DNA of 64,000 nucleotides from Deferribacterales bacterium (GTDB lineage Bacteria; Chrysiogenota; Deferribacteres; Deferribacterales; Geovibrionaceae), in NCBI GenBank assembly GCA_050253075.1, contig JBFWJS010000003.1, positions 277,458 through 341,457 of the forward strand. Direction: 5' to 3'. The position numbers and the translations under genes were made by a program. This document shows, one piece after another, positions 48,408 through 58,876 of this stretch. Within the stretch, counting starts at the first letter, position 1. Each line of letters begins with the position of its first letter. The notes beneath the pieces are model-generated. The model did not search any database, had not been told where the DNA came from, and worked only from the letters and a program-made list of their open reading frames with translations.

Positions 48408-51400
48408 GTGGGAAAAGTTAGCAAGAAATTAATTGAACATTTAAATAAGATTAAATATGCAATAGACAATAATCAGTTGATTTTATTTGTTGGTGCGGGC
48501 GTTTCAAAAAATTCAGGGATACCTGATTGGAATGAATTAACATTAAAATTAGCAGAGGAATTAAACTATTCTAAGAGAGCAGAGTTACAAGAATCATATA
48601 TTGCAGCAAAATTAGAGAGTTATGATCCTTCGTTATTAGAAAACTACAATAAATTACAGGGTTTTGATCCTGATGAGTATTTGAAAATACCACAATATTA
48701 TTATTTGAATTTTGGTAAGAAAAAATACAATGAAAAGTTACAATCAGTTTTAGATATCAAATGTGAACCAAATGCAATTAACCATATAATTTTTGAATTA
48801 AACCCTCAGCATATAATTACTACGAATTACGATGACTTAATTGAAAAGGCTATGGATATAGAGAAAGAAAATTTTTCTGTTATAACTACTGATAAAGAGT
48901 TAGCCAAAGCAGAAAATAAAAAACTTCTTATAAAAATGCATGGCGATTTTAAAAACAATGTATTGAAAGAAAGTGACTATGACACATATTCTGAAAATTT
49001 TACATTAGTTGAAACATTTATTAAAGGCCTATTGGTAACACACACGTTGTTATTTATTGGATTCTCTGCTGATGATCCAAATGTAAGAAAAATATTTAGA
49101 TGGATCAAAAATATACTTGGCAAGGAGTACAATTCGGCATATTTGTTAGATGTCAGTAGCCAAAAGGATATGTCGGCATCGAGACGTAAAATTCTAAATA
49201 AATATCTTAGTTCTTTTGGCATAAATTGTGTATATCACTATCAATTTGCTAATATGTATTCAACATTCAATATCGATGAACAAGTTAAACTATATTACGA
49301 TCGAAATACATCCCTTGGACAGCTTGAGCACGATAAAGGAAGAAAGTTATTTGATTCTTTAATATTTCTTAGAGAATATAATCAGAATTCGACTTATAGT
49401 AATTACTCATTATTTAATATCATTTCTTATAATTTTCTGGGTTTGAGTATTAGTGCTGTTAAAGAACTGGAAAATGAGTCAATAAATACGGAAGGGAGTT
49501 TACAAGGTCAATATATTGCTAAGCTGATTACTGGGAATCAAAAGATTCAAACATTCATTAAAGATAATGACTATATTTATAATAGCCATCTGAGTGACTT
49601 ACTGATGTTTAATTATGCTGCTATTAAAAATAGTTTAAATGGCTTAGAAGATGAATTATCAAATTCATGTAACATAAATTCATTCGAAAAGACTTACTTA
49701 CTATATAAAAATTGTGATTATTTAGAAGCATATGAAGAGCAGAAAACTTTATCTAATAATGCGTATAAATCTAATAATTATTTAGCTTACTGTCTTTCAG
49801 AATTTCAAAGAAAGTTATTAAGTATAGTTATAAATATTGAGTATTTTCCTCATGATGCACAAGTTGAATCGATAGTTGCAGAAGGCTCAAATATAGATTT
49901 AGATTTTCTATCAGATAAGTTTGTTCATAAGGACAATAAAGACGTTTTTAAGAAGTTATTTAACTTTGAATATGTCAACAATATCCATTCTAAATTATCT
50001 AAGACTCTAGATGAAATACATAAAACAAAAGAGTATTTTAATCGTGGAGGTAGTGCAACAAATAGTGCACTCGCTGATTTGTATAGTTCCTTTTTTGAGA
50101 TATGGAACTTTTGTAATCATAATTTTTTGATTCTAGATTATTTTAATGAAATACGAGAATGTGCTGCAAAATTTATAGAAGGACTTATCGTAAGCTATAC
50201 TATAGATGATAAGAATGTTAATACATTAAACCAATTATATTTTCCCGCTGATAAACTTAACTATTTTGATTATTTCCATTTTTATGTAATGATTGAGTAT
50301 GTAGATAAAAAGGGATTGGAAAGTCTGTTCTGGAAGCATCTTGAAAAAGTTGATATTTTAAAGACAAGCTCAGGTGTTATAGATCAACTTATTGAGGGAT
50401 ATTGCAACTTAATTGATTCTGCAATAAAGCATCATGTCGTTAACAGGCTAGACCACAAGATAAGTAATTTTTTACTCATATTTGCAAAGCTTGAACTGTC
50501 TAGTGATCAATTGGAGAAAATATTATTAAAATATTCTGAATTGACAAAATGTAATCTTAGTAGCTCTATTCATGCTATAAACTTTCGAAATAATAAATAT
50601 GAAATATTAACTAATTTCCTATTTCGTACATATAATAACCTACTTAGTAATAAGGCTTACTTATCAACGATATATATTACTGGTTTGATAGATGAGATAA
50701 TCGATAATATTAAATTCTGGCAATTCCCATATTACCAAGCTTCAAAAGTGATCCAATTGTTTAAGATTATTTCATTAATTAATAAAAAAAATTCAATTGA
50801 TAATGAGTTTTTGTTAGATAATGCAATCTATAGCAAGATATGCCAGATAAATGATTTAGAAATTAGGAATAATGTGTTTATTGTATTCTTTAATTTGTTC
50901 TCACATGAAAATCAAAAAGAAATCAGAAAGATTTTGTTAACAACTATAGATAACCTTACTCAGGATTATGATTATTTATCATTCATCTATGAACTGATTA
51001 CCACTGATATCATAGATATTTCTTTAGTGGTTGAAAAACGAACTTTGCAAATACTCAATGGAGCGATTAAAGATCGCAGGAAATCTTTTCAGGGTATTTC
51101 AAGTAAAGACTTATTGCGACTATCACTTACTGTCATCGTTGACTTTTTGATAACCGATAAGTGGATAGGTGTTGATATACTGAGAGCTCAATTGCCGGAT
51201 TTGAAAAAATTACAGAATGATTATGACGCATTTACAGAAACTCATCATGATAAGCATTACCTTGATTATTTAAATGAGCTCACTGAATGTATACGAATAA
51301 TCGAAGTTTATGTTTCAATAGACAACTTTGATTTTGATTCATTTGTTCCAAGTGATATCCAGTACTATAGTGATGAGTTAATTGATAAAATTAGAGTGTT

Positions 51401-51524
51401 AATCAATACAGATGTTAACCTTAAGAAAATCCTAGTCCAAAAGTTTAGAGACAGAGATTTTATGAAACTAGTTGCGGATAAAAAGAGAATTCAGGATAAG
51501 TTCTATCGCTTGTTGATAGCTTAG
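48408..51524 (+). CDS. SIR2-domain anti-phage NADase, DSR2-like
   Basis: FVGAGVS, DEYLKIPQ, ITTNYD, KMHGDF, LFIGFS.DD.N; 1038 aa with long helical C-terminus. Confidence 0.85.
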   Translation: MGKVSKKLIEHLNKIKYAIDNNQLILFVGAGVSKNSGIPDWNELTLKLAEELNYSKRAELQESYIAAKLESYDPSLLENYNKLQGFDPDEYLKIPQYYYLNFGKKKYNEKLQSVLDIKCEPNAINHIIFELNPQHIITTNYDDLIEKAMDIEKENFSVITTDKELAKAENKKLLIKMHGDFKNNVLKESDYDTYSENFTLVETFIKGLLVTHTLLFIGFSADDPNVRKIFRWIKNILGKEYNSAYLLDVSSQKDMSASRRKILNKYLSSFGINCVYHYQFANMYSTFNIDEQVKLYYDRNTSLGQLEHDKGRKLFDSLIFLREYNQNSTYSNYSLFNIISYNFLGLSISAVKELENESINTEGSLQGQYIAKLITGNQKIQTFIKDNDYIYNSHLSDLLMFNYAAIKNSLNGLEDELSNSCNINSFEKTYLLYKNCDYLEAYEEQKTLSNNAYKSNNYLAYCLSEFQRKLLSIVINIEYFPHDAQVESIVAEGSNIDLDFLSDKFVHKDNKDVFKKLFNFEYVNNIHSKLSKTLDEIHKTKEYFNRGGSATNSALADLYSSFFEIWNFCNHNFLILDYFNEIRECAAKFIEGLIVSYTIDDKNVNTLNQLYFPADKLNYFDYFHFYVMIEYVDKKGLESLFWKHLEKVDILKTSSGVIDQLIEGYCNLIDSAIKHHVVNRLDHKISNFLLIFAKLELSSDQLEKILLKYSELTKCNLSSSIHAINFRNNKYEILTNFLFRTYNNLLSNKAYLSTIYITGLIDEIIDNIKFWQFPYYQASKVIQLFKIISLINKKNSIDNEFLLDNAIYSKICQINDLEIRNNVFIVFFNLFSHENQKEIRKILLTTIDNLTQDYDYLSFIYELITTDIIDISLVVEKRTLQILNGAIKDRRKSFQGISSKDLLRLSLTVIVDFLITDKWIGVDILRAQLPDLKKLQNDYDAFTETHHDKHYLDYLNELTECIRIIEVYVSIDNFDFDSFVPSDIQYYSDELIDKIRVLINTDVNLKKILVQKFRDRDFMKLVADKKRIQDKFYRLLIA

Positions 51525-51594
51525 TGCCTTTCCATTAAACTGAATAGAATTTAGGGCGATATCCACTATGGCTTTGGATGTCTATGGCTTGAAT

Positions 51595-51648
51595 TATCCT
51601 TGCGTAAAAGGATATAAAAAGCTATATTTATCCTTATGAGAAAGGATA
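51595..51648. promoter_or_regulatory. Two TATCCTT-N6-AAGGATA palindromes
   Basis: 51595-51614 and 51629-51648, directly upstream of ATG 51652. Confidence 0.75.
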
Positions 51649-51651
51649 GGT

Positions 51652-52953
51652 ATGCGAGAGACATTTAAGACTTTAATCACAGACTTTCAGGAAAGGAAGT
51701 TAAACGGCATAGTTCCCAGAGAATATAATATTCCTGTGGACAGTGACAAGATAATATCTTTGATCGGTGTCAGGCGTTGCGGTAAGACATATATACTCTT
51801 TGATGTTATCAACAAGCTCAGAGAAACCATTCAGCCGGAAAATATAATCTACATAAACTTTGAAGATGACCGTCTCTTTCCGATAGAGTCAAAAGACCTT
51901 GATGCTCTTATGGAAGGGTACTATGAAATGTATCCAGATAAGCGTGATGAATTGATTTATCTGTTTCTTGATGAAGTCCAAAATATACCTGAATGGGAAA
52001 GATACGTCCGCAGGATATACGACACTCTAAATGTCAGAATATTTGTAACAGGCTCATCCTCAAAGCTTCTCAGTAAAGAGATAGCAACCTCTCTGCGTGG
52101 CAGAACTCTTACTTATGAAATATTTCCTTACTCTTTTGCTGACTTCCTGAAAGCGAAAGATATAAAAGTGAATGTTAATAGTTCCTCCTCAGTAAGTCAT
52201 ATAAAGAATGCCCTCAATGAATTTATCACTGACGGCAGCTTTCCGGAAACTTTGTCACAATCTCCAGACATAAAAAGGCGAATACTCAGGGACTATCTTG
52301 ACCTGATAGTCTACAAAGACATAGTTGAAAGGTATGGTGTGAAAAACAACAGCCTCTTGAAGCACATCATAAAATACAGCTTCTGCAACATCGGAACGCT
52401 CGTCAGCCTCAACAAACTATACAATGAATTTAAGTCTCAGGGCTATAAAGTCGGTAAAGATACTGTCTTCGATTATTACTCATACCTTGAAGATGCCTAT
52501 GCGGTTTTCAGTACCCCTATATTCAGAAATAACATCAGGGAAGAGAACCGTAACCCAAGAAAGATATATTCGGTCGATAACGGCTTTAAAGGCGTGTATG
52601 ACGCATTTGTAACTAATGACTACAGCAAGCTTTATGAAAATGCAGTATTCCTGCATCTGAGACGCCAGACATCGGAAGTTTACTATTATAGCGGTAAGCA
52701 GGAAGTAGACTTCTATTGCCGGATAGATGGCAGACAGCTTTTGGTTAATGTCAGCTACAGGATAGACAGCCAAAGCACCAAAGAGCGTGAAATAAACGGC
52801 CTCATTGAAGCTATGGAATATTTCAAAATGAAAGAAGCCTACCTCATAACTGAAGATCACGAAGAAACTATATCTATAGGAGACAATAAAATATTTGTTC
52901 TCCCTCTTTGGAAATGGCTCATAGGTGGCAAAATGTTTTTGGAAATGAAATAA
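51652..52953 (+). CDS. AAA_14 ATPase with DUF4143 / PD-(D/E)XK-like C-terminus
   Basis: GVRRCGKT, FLDEVQ, TGSSSKLL, L.GR, K.Y..DNG, YEN, EVDF. Confidence 0.9.
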   Translation: MRETFKTLITDFQERKLNGIVPREYNIPVDSDKIISLIGVRRCGKTYILFDVINKLRETIQPENIIYINFEDDRLFPIESKDLDALMEGYYEMYPDKRDELIYLFLDEVQNIPEWERYVRRIYDTLNVRIFVTGSSSKLLSKEIATSLRGRTLTYEIFPYSFADFLKAKDIKVNVNSSSSVSHIKNALNEFITDGSFPETLSQSPDIKRRILRDYLDLIVYKDIVERYGVKNNSLLKHIIKYSFCNIGTLVSLNKLYNEFKSQGYKVGKDTVFDYYSYLEDAYAVFSTPIFRNNIREENRNPRKIYSVDNGFKGVYDAFVTNDYSKLYENAVFLHLRRQTSEVYYYSGKQEVDFYCRIDGRQLLVNVSYRIDSQSTKEREINGLIEAMEYFKMKEAYLITEDHEETISIGDNKIFVLPLWKWLIGGKMFLEMK

Positions 52954-52963
52954 GTGAAGCACT

Positions 52964-53950
52964 ATGAAAGAAACAGTAACCTTGGAGGACTTACAAAAAG
53001 TTTCATATCTCAATATTAATGAGCTAGATTCTCGTTTTGTTATGCTGCAGCCATGCCACCATTCAAACGGGAAATGGGAGCAATGGGTTCCAACAAGTGA
53101 AGGCTTAATAAAATTAAAGACTATAGATTTTATTAGTGGTTGTTATTTTGCGAAGCAGCCAGCTGGACACAAAGATGTATATATCTATTTTATTGAATTC
53201 CTGATTAAGAAAGCTCTTTATAAAGGCTCTGTTCATTATTTTAAAGGTATTTTAGAAGACATATATAATTTATCGGCATGTATAAATAAGTTGAATGTAT
53301 TTCATAGTGTTTGGCTTGAAGATGAGAATATGGTTACTAACCAGTTTGTGACTTCTGAACTTGAGTATCTAGTTAAAGTGTCTCGTAGTATGTATGATTT
53401 GCTACAGGAAATTATTGTTTCAACTTGGTCTAATATAAAATTCAATGATGCCAGTTTAGGGCATAAAAAACTACCTAAGTCATTTGCAAAGATGGTTTAT
53501 AAAAATAATCAACTTTCTAGTGCTCCTGAAATAGCTGAAAGGTACTCACTACCAGCATTGTTAGCCGAGTTTTACTATAGAAATGGCACTTTCTTTGATT
53601 GGCTTAAACATTTTAGAGATAATATAATTCATGGTGGGAACAATATCGATTATATTTTTATGACAAACGAAGGTTTTGCGTTATCAATTGAAAAAAATCC
53701 ATTTAAAGATTTGCATATTTGGGAAGTCACGAATGTTAAACCAAATGGACTTGGCTCAGTAAGAGCATTAATGGCTTATATAATATTAAATACAATAAAT
53801 TCACTTGAAGATTTTGCTAATGTCATCCAACACATTATTCAATTTCCACCGGATATAGCACCAGATTATCATGTGTTTATTCGAGGCGAGAATATAGGTG
53901 TGTTAAATGAACTGTATGCTTATTTCTATGGTGACGAGTGGGTAAAATGA
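52964..53950 (+). CDS. Hypothetical protein with HEPN-like RX4H motif
   Basis: SRSMYDLL helix and FRDNIIH; resembles Cthe_2314-type HEPN. Confidence 0.55.
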   Translation: MKETVTLEDLQKVSYLNINELDSRFVMLQPCHHSNGKWEQWVPTSEGLIKLKTIDFISGCYFAKQPAGHKDVYIYFIEFLIKKALYKGSVHYFKGILEDIYNLSACINKLNVFHSVWLEDENMVTNQFVTSELEYLVKVSRSMYDLLQEIIVSTWSNIKFNDASLGHKKLPKSFAKMVYKNNQLSSAPEIAERYSLPALLAEFYYRNGTFFDWLKHFRDNIIHGGNNIDYIFMTNEGFALSIEKNPFKDLHIWEVTNVKPNGLGSVRALMAYIILNTINSLEDFANVIQHIIQFPPDIAPDYHVFIRGENIGVLNELYAYFYGDEWVK

Positions 53951-53953
53951 ATT

Positions 53954-55399
53954 ATGAAAAATATAATTGAAATCTCTTTATTGGCTGATAAAGCTATTCT
54001 GGAGAAAAATGGCCTTGTAATCAATGAACTGATCCAAGGCATCAATAATATACTTCCAAGCTTGAGTGGTGATGATAAGTTTCAAGGTTATTATACGCTT
54101 GCAAATTTATATTCTGAATACGGTCAATTAAACAGTGAAAGTATTTATGGGTGGATGGATGATGAATACCCCAAAAACTTAGTGCTGAGTATGAACTCTT
54201 ACCGAGAGTGCCTTTTGCAAAATAACAATGAATTAATAGAACCTATCGTAAATTATGCGAATGCATTGAATAAGTTTTGTCGTACTGTTGAAGCCGTAAA
54301 ATATTGGAAATGCGATTTTTCTTTGGTTGGTGACCCAGCCCCTGTTTCATTTTTATCTATGGGAGACTCATTAGGATGGCTGTCGCAATTCCTAGACGAT
54401 AAGGGACACGAGCTAGAATTTCAGCTTCAAGCCTATCAATTACTAAAAGAGCTACAGCAAAATATTAATAAGGTTGAACATGTAGGGATAGTCCTGACCG
54501 TAAAGGAAGACGAAAGGATAAATAGATTTCTTGCTTACGGGGACAAGCACTTTGCAGATTTAAATTCATCAATTGATACATTTGCTAAACCGAATTATTC
54601 AGCAGATGAAGAGGGCTATAGGAAATGGGTTTTGAATAATAATCTTTTTGCTAACCCTATGAATATTATTACAAAAGAATGGGTGGCTGCAAATGATATT
54701 CTTCAGTTTCCAAGCCATACTGTTAAAGTTTCGGAAGGGCCATATTATATGGCTGCATTTTCATCAATTAAGAGAGAGTATTGCTTTGCTCGACACTTGC
54801 TGTATGAAGGGATACACGGATTCCACCCTAAATATGAAAATGATGATCTTTATTTAACCGACACTCTTGATTATGTTTCATATGATGGCAGTATAGAAAA
54901 AATAAAGGCCTCTTTTCGCATTATTTTTAGCATTTTTGATAGCCTGTATAAACTTCTATATGAATATTTTGGTGCAAACAGTAGCAGTGTTGAAAAAGTT
55001 TATTTTTATCCCAGTCATTTCAGGAAACACTTTTCTTCTTTTGCTAAGAATCCTTTTGTGAATGCTTTGTTTTGGCTTTCATGTGATCTGACAGATAACG
55101 ATCGAATGAAAGACTGGAAAGCTCCTAACCCTAATGGTAAAGATTTTAGAAAAATTAGAAATGCTTTGGAACACAACTGGTTAAGAGTTGCTGATTCAAA
55201 ATCCTTTTATTCTGGAGAGATTGATTATGCATTTAAAATATCCAGAGAGAGTTTGACTGACAAAACATTGGAGCTTATTAGGTTAGCAAGGGCAGCATTG
55301 TTTTATACTGCTTTCGCAGTTAGATGTAATGAAATGCATAACAAGAAAGATGAGTCTAAGATAGTTCAAAACCCTATTAATCTTTACAGACCAATTTGA
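53954..55399 (+). CDS. LA2681-family HEPN domain protein with helical/TPR-like N-terminus
   Basis: YRKW.L.N.LF.NP.N, EYCFAR, IK.SFR..FSIFD, IRNALEH. Confidence 0.75.
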   Translation: MKNIIEISLLADKAILEKNGLVINELIQGINNILPSLSGDDKFQGYYTLANLYSEYGQLNSESIYGWMDDEYPKNLVLSMNSYRECLLQNNNELIEPIVNYANALNKFCRTVEAVKYWKCDFSLVGDPAPVSFLSMGDSLGWLSQFLDDKGHELEFQLQAYQLLKELQQNINKVEHVGIVLTVKEDERINRFLAYGDKHFADLNSSIDTFAKPNYSADEEGYRKWVLNNNLFANPMNIITKEWVAANDILQFPSHTVKVSEGPYYMAAFSSIKREYCFARHLLYEGIHGFHPKYENDDLYLTDTLDYVSYDGSIEKIKASFRIIFSIFDSLYKLLYEYFGANSSSVEKVYFYPSHFRKHFSSFAKNPFVNALFWLSCDLTDNDRMKDWKAPNPNGKDFRKIRNALEHNWLRVADSKSFYSGEIDYAFKISRESLTDKTLELIRLARAALFYTAFAVRCNEMHNKKDESKIVQNPINLYRPI

Positions 55400-55423
55400 T
55401 TGTTATCAGAAGATATAGTTTAT

Positions 55424-56608
55424 CTATATAAACAACCCCGGTAACCAGAATTCTTTTGCTTCTTCGCTTATTCCAAGGCTGACGGGGGCTTTTTTATCTT
55501 TGGAAACAAGTAATCCTCTTTTGAGAAGTTCGGATAAAGCTTGGCTGGCGACAGTACGGCTTTGGATGCCCATGATATCGGCTGCCTCACCACGTCTGAA
55601 CTCGCCTTCTTTGACTGCGTAGGCCACAAGTTTGAATGACTTAGGATGTAAGCCTTCTTTGTTGATTAAGAGGCTTATATGGGCTTCTATGCGGTCAAGT
55701 AATCCTTGCTGGTCTATTAGCTTGCCCATGAACTCTACTTGGTCTATACAGCATTTCAGGAAGAATATGCAGAAGTCCTGAAGACCAGAAAGTGACAGGC
55801 TTCCTCTACCGTCCAAATCACCTAATCTTTCAGCGTCACCTTTTGCCAACATCTGTTTGTATAGATCTGACTCTCTGGCAAGTCCTCTGGATACAGACCA
55901 TAAATCACTGCCTATTCCGATAGCTTTTAAATATGCATGGCTGAATAAGCGTGCAACACGTCCGTTACCATCAAGGAAAGGGTGAATCCATAGTAGTCTA
56001 TGGTGTGAGGCTGCTGCTGCTGCCATTTGTTCGTGTTTGCCCAGTTTGCTGATTTCATAAGTTTTACAGAATTTCGCTATGAAGTCTGATATTGACTCGT
56101 GCTGTACACCTACATGACGGCCTACAACTACATCTCTGCTTCTGAATTGGCCGGATTCAACCTCGAACTTGCTACCTTTATCATCTGTAACAAATTTCAA
56201 ACTGTCCGGAAGCTCTTTATAGAACTCTAGATGTATCCACCTTATGAAGCCTTCAGAAACTATTTCATCAAAGCCATGTGTGCCGTAGTCAATTTGCCTT
56301 TGAACTTCTATGTGTGCTTTTGCTTCAAGTTGTAAGTCTCTGGTTTCGGAGTTGTCAGAGAAATCACCGTTCAAAGCATCCTGAATGTCTTTAGGTTTGG
56401 TAGGGTGACCTTCAATGAGGTTGCTGTAATAGCAATTCATGAGGCGTACTTGATCACCGATAAGTGACAGCACTTTAGGGTGCAGTTTACTTGTGAGCAG
56501 TACTGACTGCTCACGCAGGTCTGCAATAAGGTTGTCAATTTCACGCCTTTTCTCAGGAGTCTTGCCATCCTGAAGAGGCATCATTGGTTCCATATATGTT
56601 GGCTTCAT
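55424..56608 (-). CDS. Fic family protein with C-terminal wHTH
   Basis: HPFLDGNGRVAR; SNLIEG inhibitory motif. Confidence 0.92.
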   Translation of the reverse strand: MKPTYMEPMMPLQDGKTPEKRREIDNLIADLREQSVLLTSKLHPKVLSLIGDQVRLMNCYYSNLIEGHPTKPKDIQDALNGDFSDNSETRDLQLEAKAHIEVQRQIDYGTHGFDEIVSEGFIRWIHLEFYKELPDSLKFVTDDKGSKFEVESGQFRSRDVVVGRHVGVQHESISDFIAKFCKTYEISKLGKHEQMAAAAASHHRLLWIHPFLDGNGRVARLFSHAYLKAIGIGSDLWSVSRGLARESDLYKQMLAKGDAERLGDLDGRGSLSLSGLQDFCIFFLKCCIDQVEFMGKLIDQQGLLDRIEAHISLLINKEGLHPKSFKLVAYAVKEGEFRRGEAADIMGIQSRTVASQALSELLKRGLLVSKDKKAPVSLGISEEAKEFWLPGLFI

Positions 56609-57139
56609 ACGAACAATATAACGAACACAAAAACAAAATGCAATCTAAATGAAAATAACATTTAAAATAAATAAATTAGGAAATATATCTTATGTCAATC
56701 GAACATAAAAACGAACATAAATATGAAAATGTATTACTGTATATGAGAGCTGCATTTATTTGCCTGGCAGTACAGGTAACTGTGTTGAGTGCCACCGTGC
56801 ATTTTTTGAGAAGACACGTCACTTCTTTCGGTCGCCTCATCATATTTTTGCAAACACAAGAAACACGATGTCCATTGCTCAACAGAACAACAGCCGGCAA
56901 TTTATTCTTTTGCACCGAAAGAACAGAAACGGAAGCGGAGAAAACCGCACACTACGATTAATCGAATATCAATTAAAAAATATATAAAATCTTACCATTC
57001 TTATTAAGTATTTGTCAATGTCTTGTGTAAATTTTACCTGTTTAGATTATGGGAATAATAAATAGTATTGACAGATGTATATTGATTATATTATACAGTA
57101 TAAAATACAATAAAAAATAATAATAAAATACATTAAGGA

Positions 57140-57664
57140 GTGAAGTATATGATACAGGTGATGATACATCCATTGTTTGTGGCTTTGGCAGGAGTTACGG
57201 TGCTGGCAATAGTGTTTTGTTTTTTCTTTTGGAGTGCTGCAAGTTTGAGAAAAAATCGTCTAGTTGAGCTAAGAAAGAAGCTCAAAGAGCAGGAAGATGA
57301 TACCAACTTTCGATCATCAATGAGGAATGAATTCATTGAAAAACTGACCATAGCTAAGGATAAGTACGGTGCTGAAGCACATAAATGGAAAGAGCAGTAC
57401 GAAAACATGGAAAGCACGGCGCATGCTATCACTGAAAAGCTTGAGGAAAACATTGAGAACTACAAAGAAGAAATCAAAGGGCTGAAGTATAAAAATGAGG
57501 TTTTAACAGTTTTGACCTCAGACCTAATTGCTGCGTATAAAATCAAGCGACCAAAAATCACGGCTATTTTGAACAATTTGCCTGAAAGGCTACATGACCC
57601 CAAAAAGCTAGAAAGGGTAGTGTCTGCAATACTGAAGGAGGCAAATCACGATGAGAGATTTTGA
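57140..57664 (+). CDS. Hypothetical membrane-anchored coiled-coil protein
   Basis: N-terminal TM then K/E-rich coiled coil; start uncertain. Confidence 0.6.
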   Translation: MKYMIQVMIHPLFVALAGVTVLAIVFCFFFWSAASLRKNRLVELRKKLKEQEDDTNFRSSMRNEFIEKLTIAKDKYGAEAHKWKEQYENMESTAHAITEKLEENIENYKEEIKGLKYKNEVLTVLTSDLIAAYKIKRPKITAILNNLPERLHDPKKLERVVSAILKEANHDERF

Positions 57665-58181
57665 CAGCCATCTTCCGGTGCCTCTGGTGCAATACGAGGA
57701 TTACATTCAGGATATTCCTGATGATGAAGAGTATCGAAAAGAGCGTGTAATACAGGTCTGTGATGAGCTGGTTGCCTTGATAGACGAGAGGGCTCGTTAT
57801 AACGATAAGAAGATATTTGGTAAGAGTGGGAATTACTATAAGCCGAGTGATATCGTTGTTACAACCACAAGAATACGTCCGCAGTTCCTTGGGTTGTTTC
57901 ACGATGCAGATTTTTACATTGCTCCTAATTACAGGTTCAAGCCTCTTGATGCTGTTGAGCTTATGGCTGTTCTGGATAGTTTTGTAAGCAATAATATAAA
58001 CGTCGAAAGGGTATACAGGCGGAGAGCGTTCTCATTCAAAGTTGTTAAGCGTGATGACGGCATCGTCTTATGTATTGACTATGGCGAAGACCTTAAGAAG
58101 TCATATTTGGATAAATGCTATTGCAGAATAACTGCCGGCGTTCTGAGAACCATACTTTCTAATTGCGACTACTGGTTATAG
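57651..58181 (+). CDS. Hypothetical protein
   Basis: AAGGAGG RBS; overlaps the previous ORF. Confidence 0.6.
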   Translation: MRDFDSHLPVPLVQYEDYIQDIPDDEEYRKERVIQVCDELVALIDERARYNDKKIFGKSGNYYKPSDIVVTTTRIRPQFLGLFHDADFYIAPNYRFKPLDAVELMAVLDSFVSNNINVERVYRRRAFSFKVVKRDDGIVLCIDYGEDLKKSYLDKCYCRITAGVLRTILSNCDYWL

Positions 58182-58183
58182 CT

Positions 58184-58786
58184 ATGGCAGTATATGCGTA
58201 TATTAGAGTCTCTACAGACAAGCAAGATGCGAAGAATCAGACATATACGGTGTCTTCTTATGTATCTGACAATGGTATTGGAGCTGTTCAGTATGTGGAA
58301 GAAACCGTATCAGGCAAAAAATCGTGGAAGCAGCGGAAGCTGGCTGATGTGATAGAGAGGCTGGAGGCCGGTGACAAGCTAGTAGTTACTGAGATGTCTC
58401 GACTTGGCAGATCCATGCTGGAGGTCTTTGAGATATTTTCAATCTGTATCTCTAAGGATGTTGAAGTCCACATTGTCAAAAGTAACCATGTGCTTAAAAA
58501 CGACATCAACTCGAAAGTACTGACATTCGCCTTCTCTCTTGCTTCCGAGCTGGAGCGTGAGCTTATCTCCTCCAGGACAAAGGAGGCTCTAGCCAGAAAG
58601 AAAGCGGAGGGTGTAAAACTTGGCCGACCAAAAGGTAGCCAGTCCAGTAAGTTAGATTCGAAGATTGACGAAATCCGCATACTTCACAATAAAGGTGTAA
58701 ACACGACCTCTATCGCTAAAATATTCGACGTTAGCCAAACGGCAATGAGACATTTTATGAAATCAAGAGGGTTATATGTAAACTGA
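58184..58786 (+). CDS. Serine recombinase (resolvase/invertase)
   Basis: YAYIRVSTDKQ, SRLGRS, ERELISSRT, LGRPKG, C-terminal HTH. Confidence 0.93.
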   Translation: MAVYAYIRVSTDKQDAKNQTYTVSSYVSDNGIGAVQYVEETVSGKKSWKQRKLADVIERLEAGDKLVVTEMSRLGRSMLEVFEIFSICISKDVEVHIVKSNHVLKNDINSKVLTFAFSLASELERELISSRTKEALARKKAEGVKLGRPKGSQSSKLDSKIDEIRILHNKGVNTTSIAKIFDVSQTAMRHFMKSRGLYVN

Positions 58787-58876
58787 CTTTACAAATAGTA
58801 ATGATTATGGCGTAATGTCAACTAGGTGCGTTGATTGATAATTTAGGTCTGATATTGTTTGCGTGAGAGGTCGTAT

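Noticed and set aside
51652..55399. Integron cassette array
   Set aside because: Intergenic gaps of 3-10 bp leave no room for attC sites, and no IntI-type integrase is adjacent
56610..56717. LexA boxes upstream of fic
   Set aside because: GAAC-N8-GAAC fits neither the alphaproteobacterial GAAC-N7-GAAC nor the Gram-positive GAAC-N4-GTTC
56760..56987. Cytochrome c from CVECH in a 75-aa ORF
   Set aside because: TTG start, no RBS, no signal peptide; likely a chance motif
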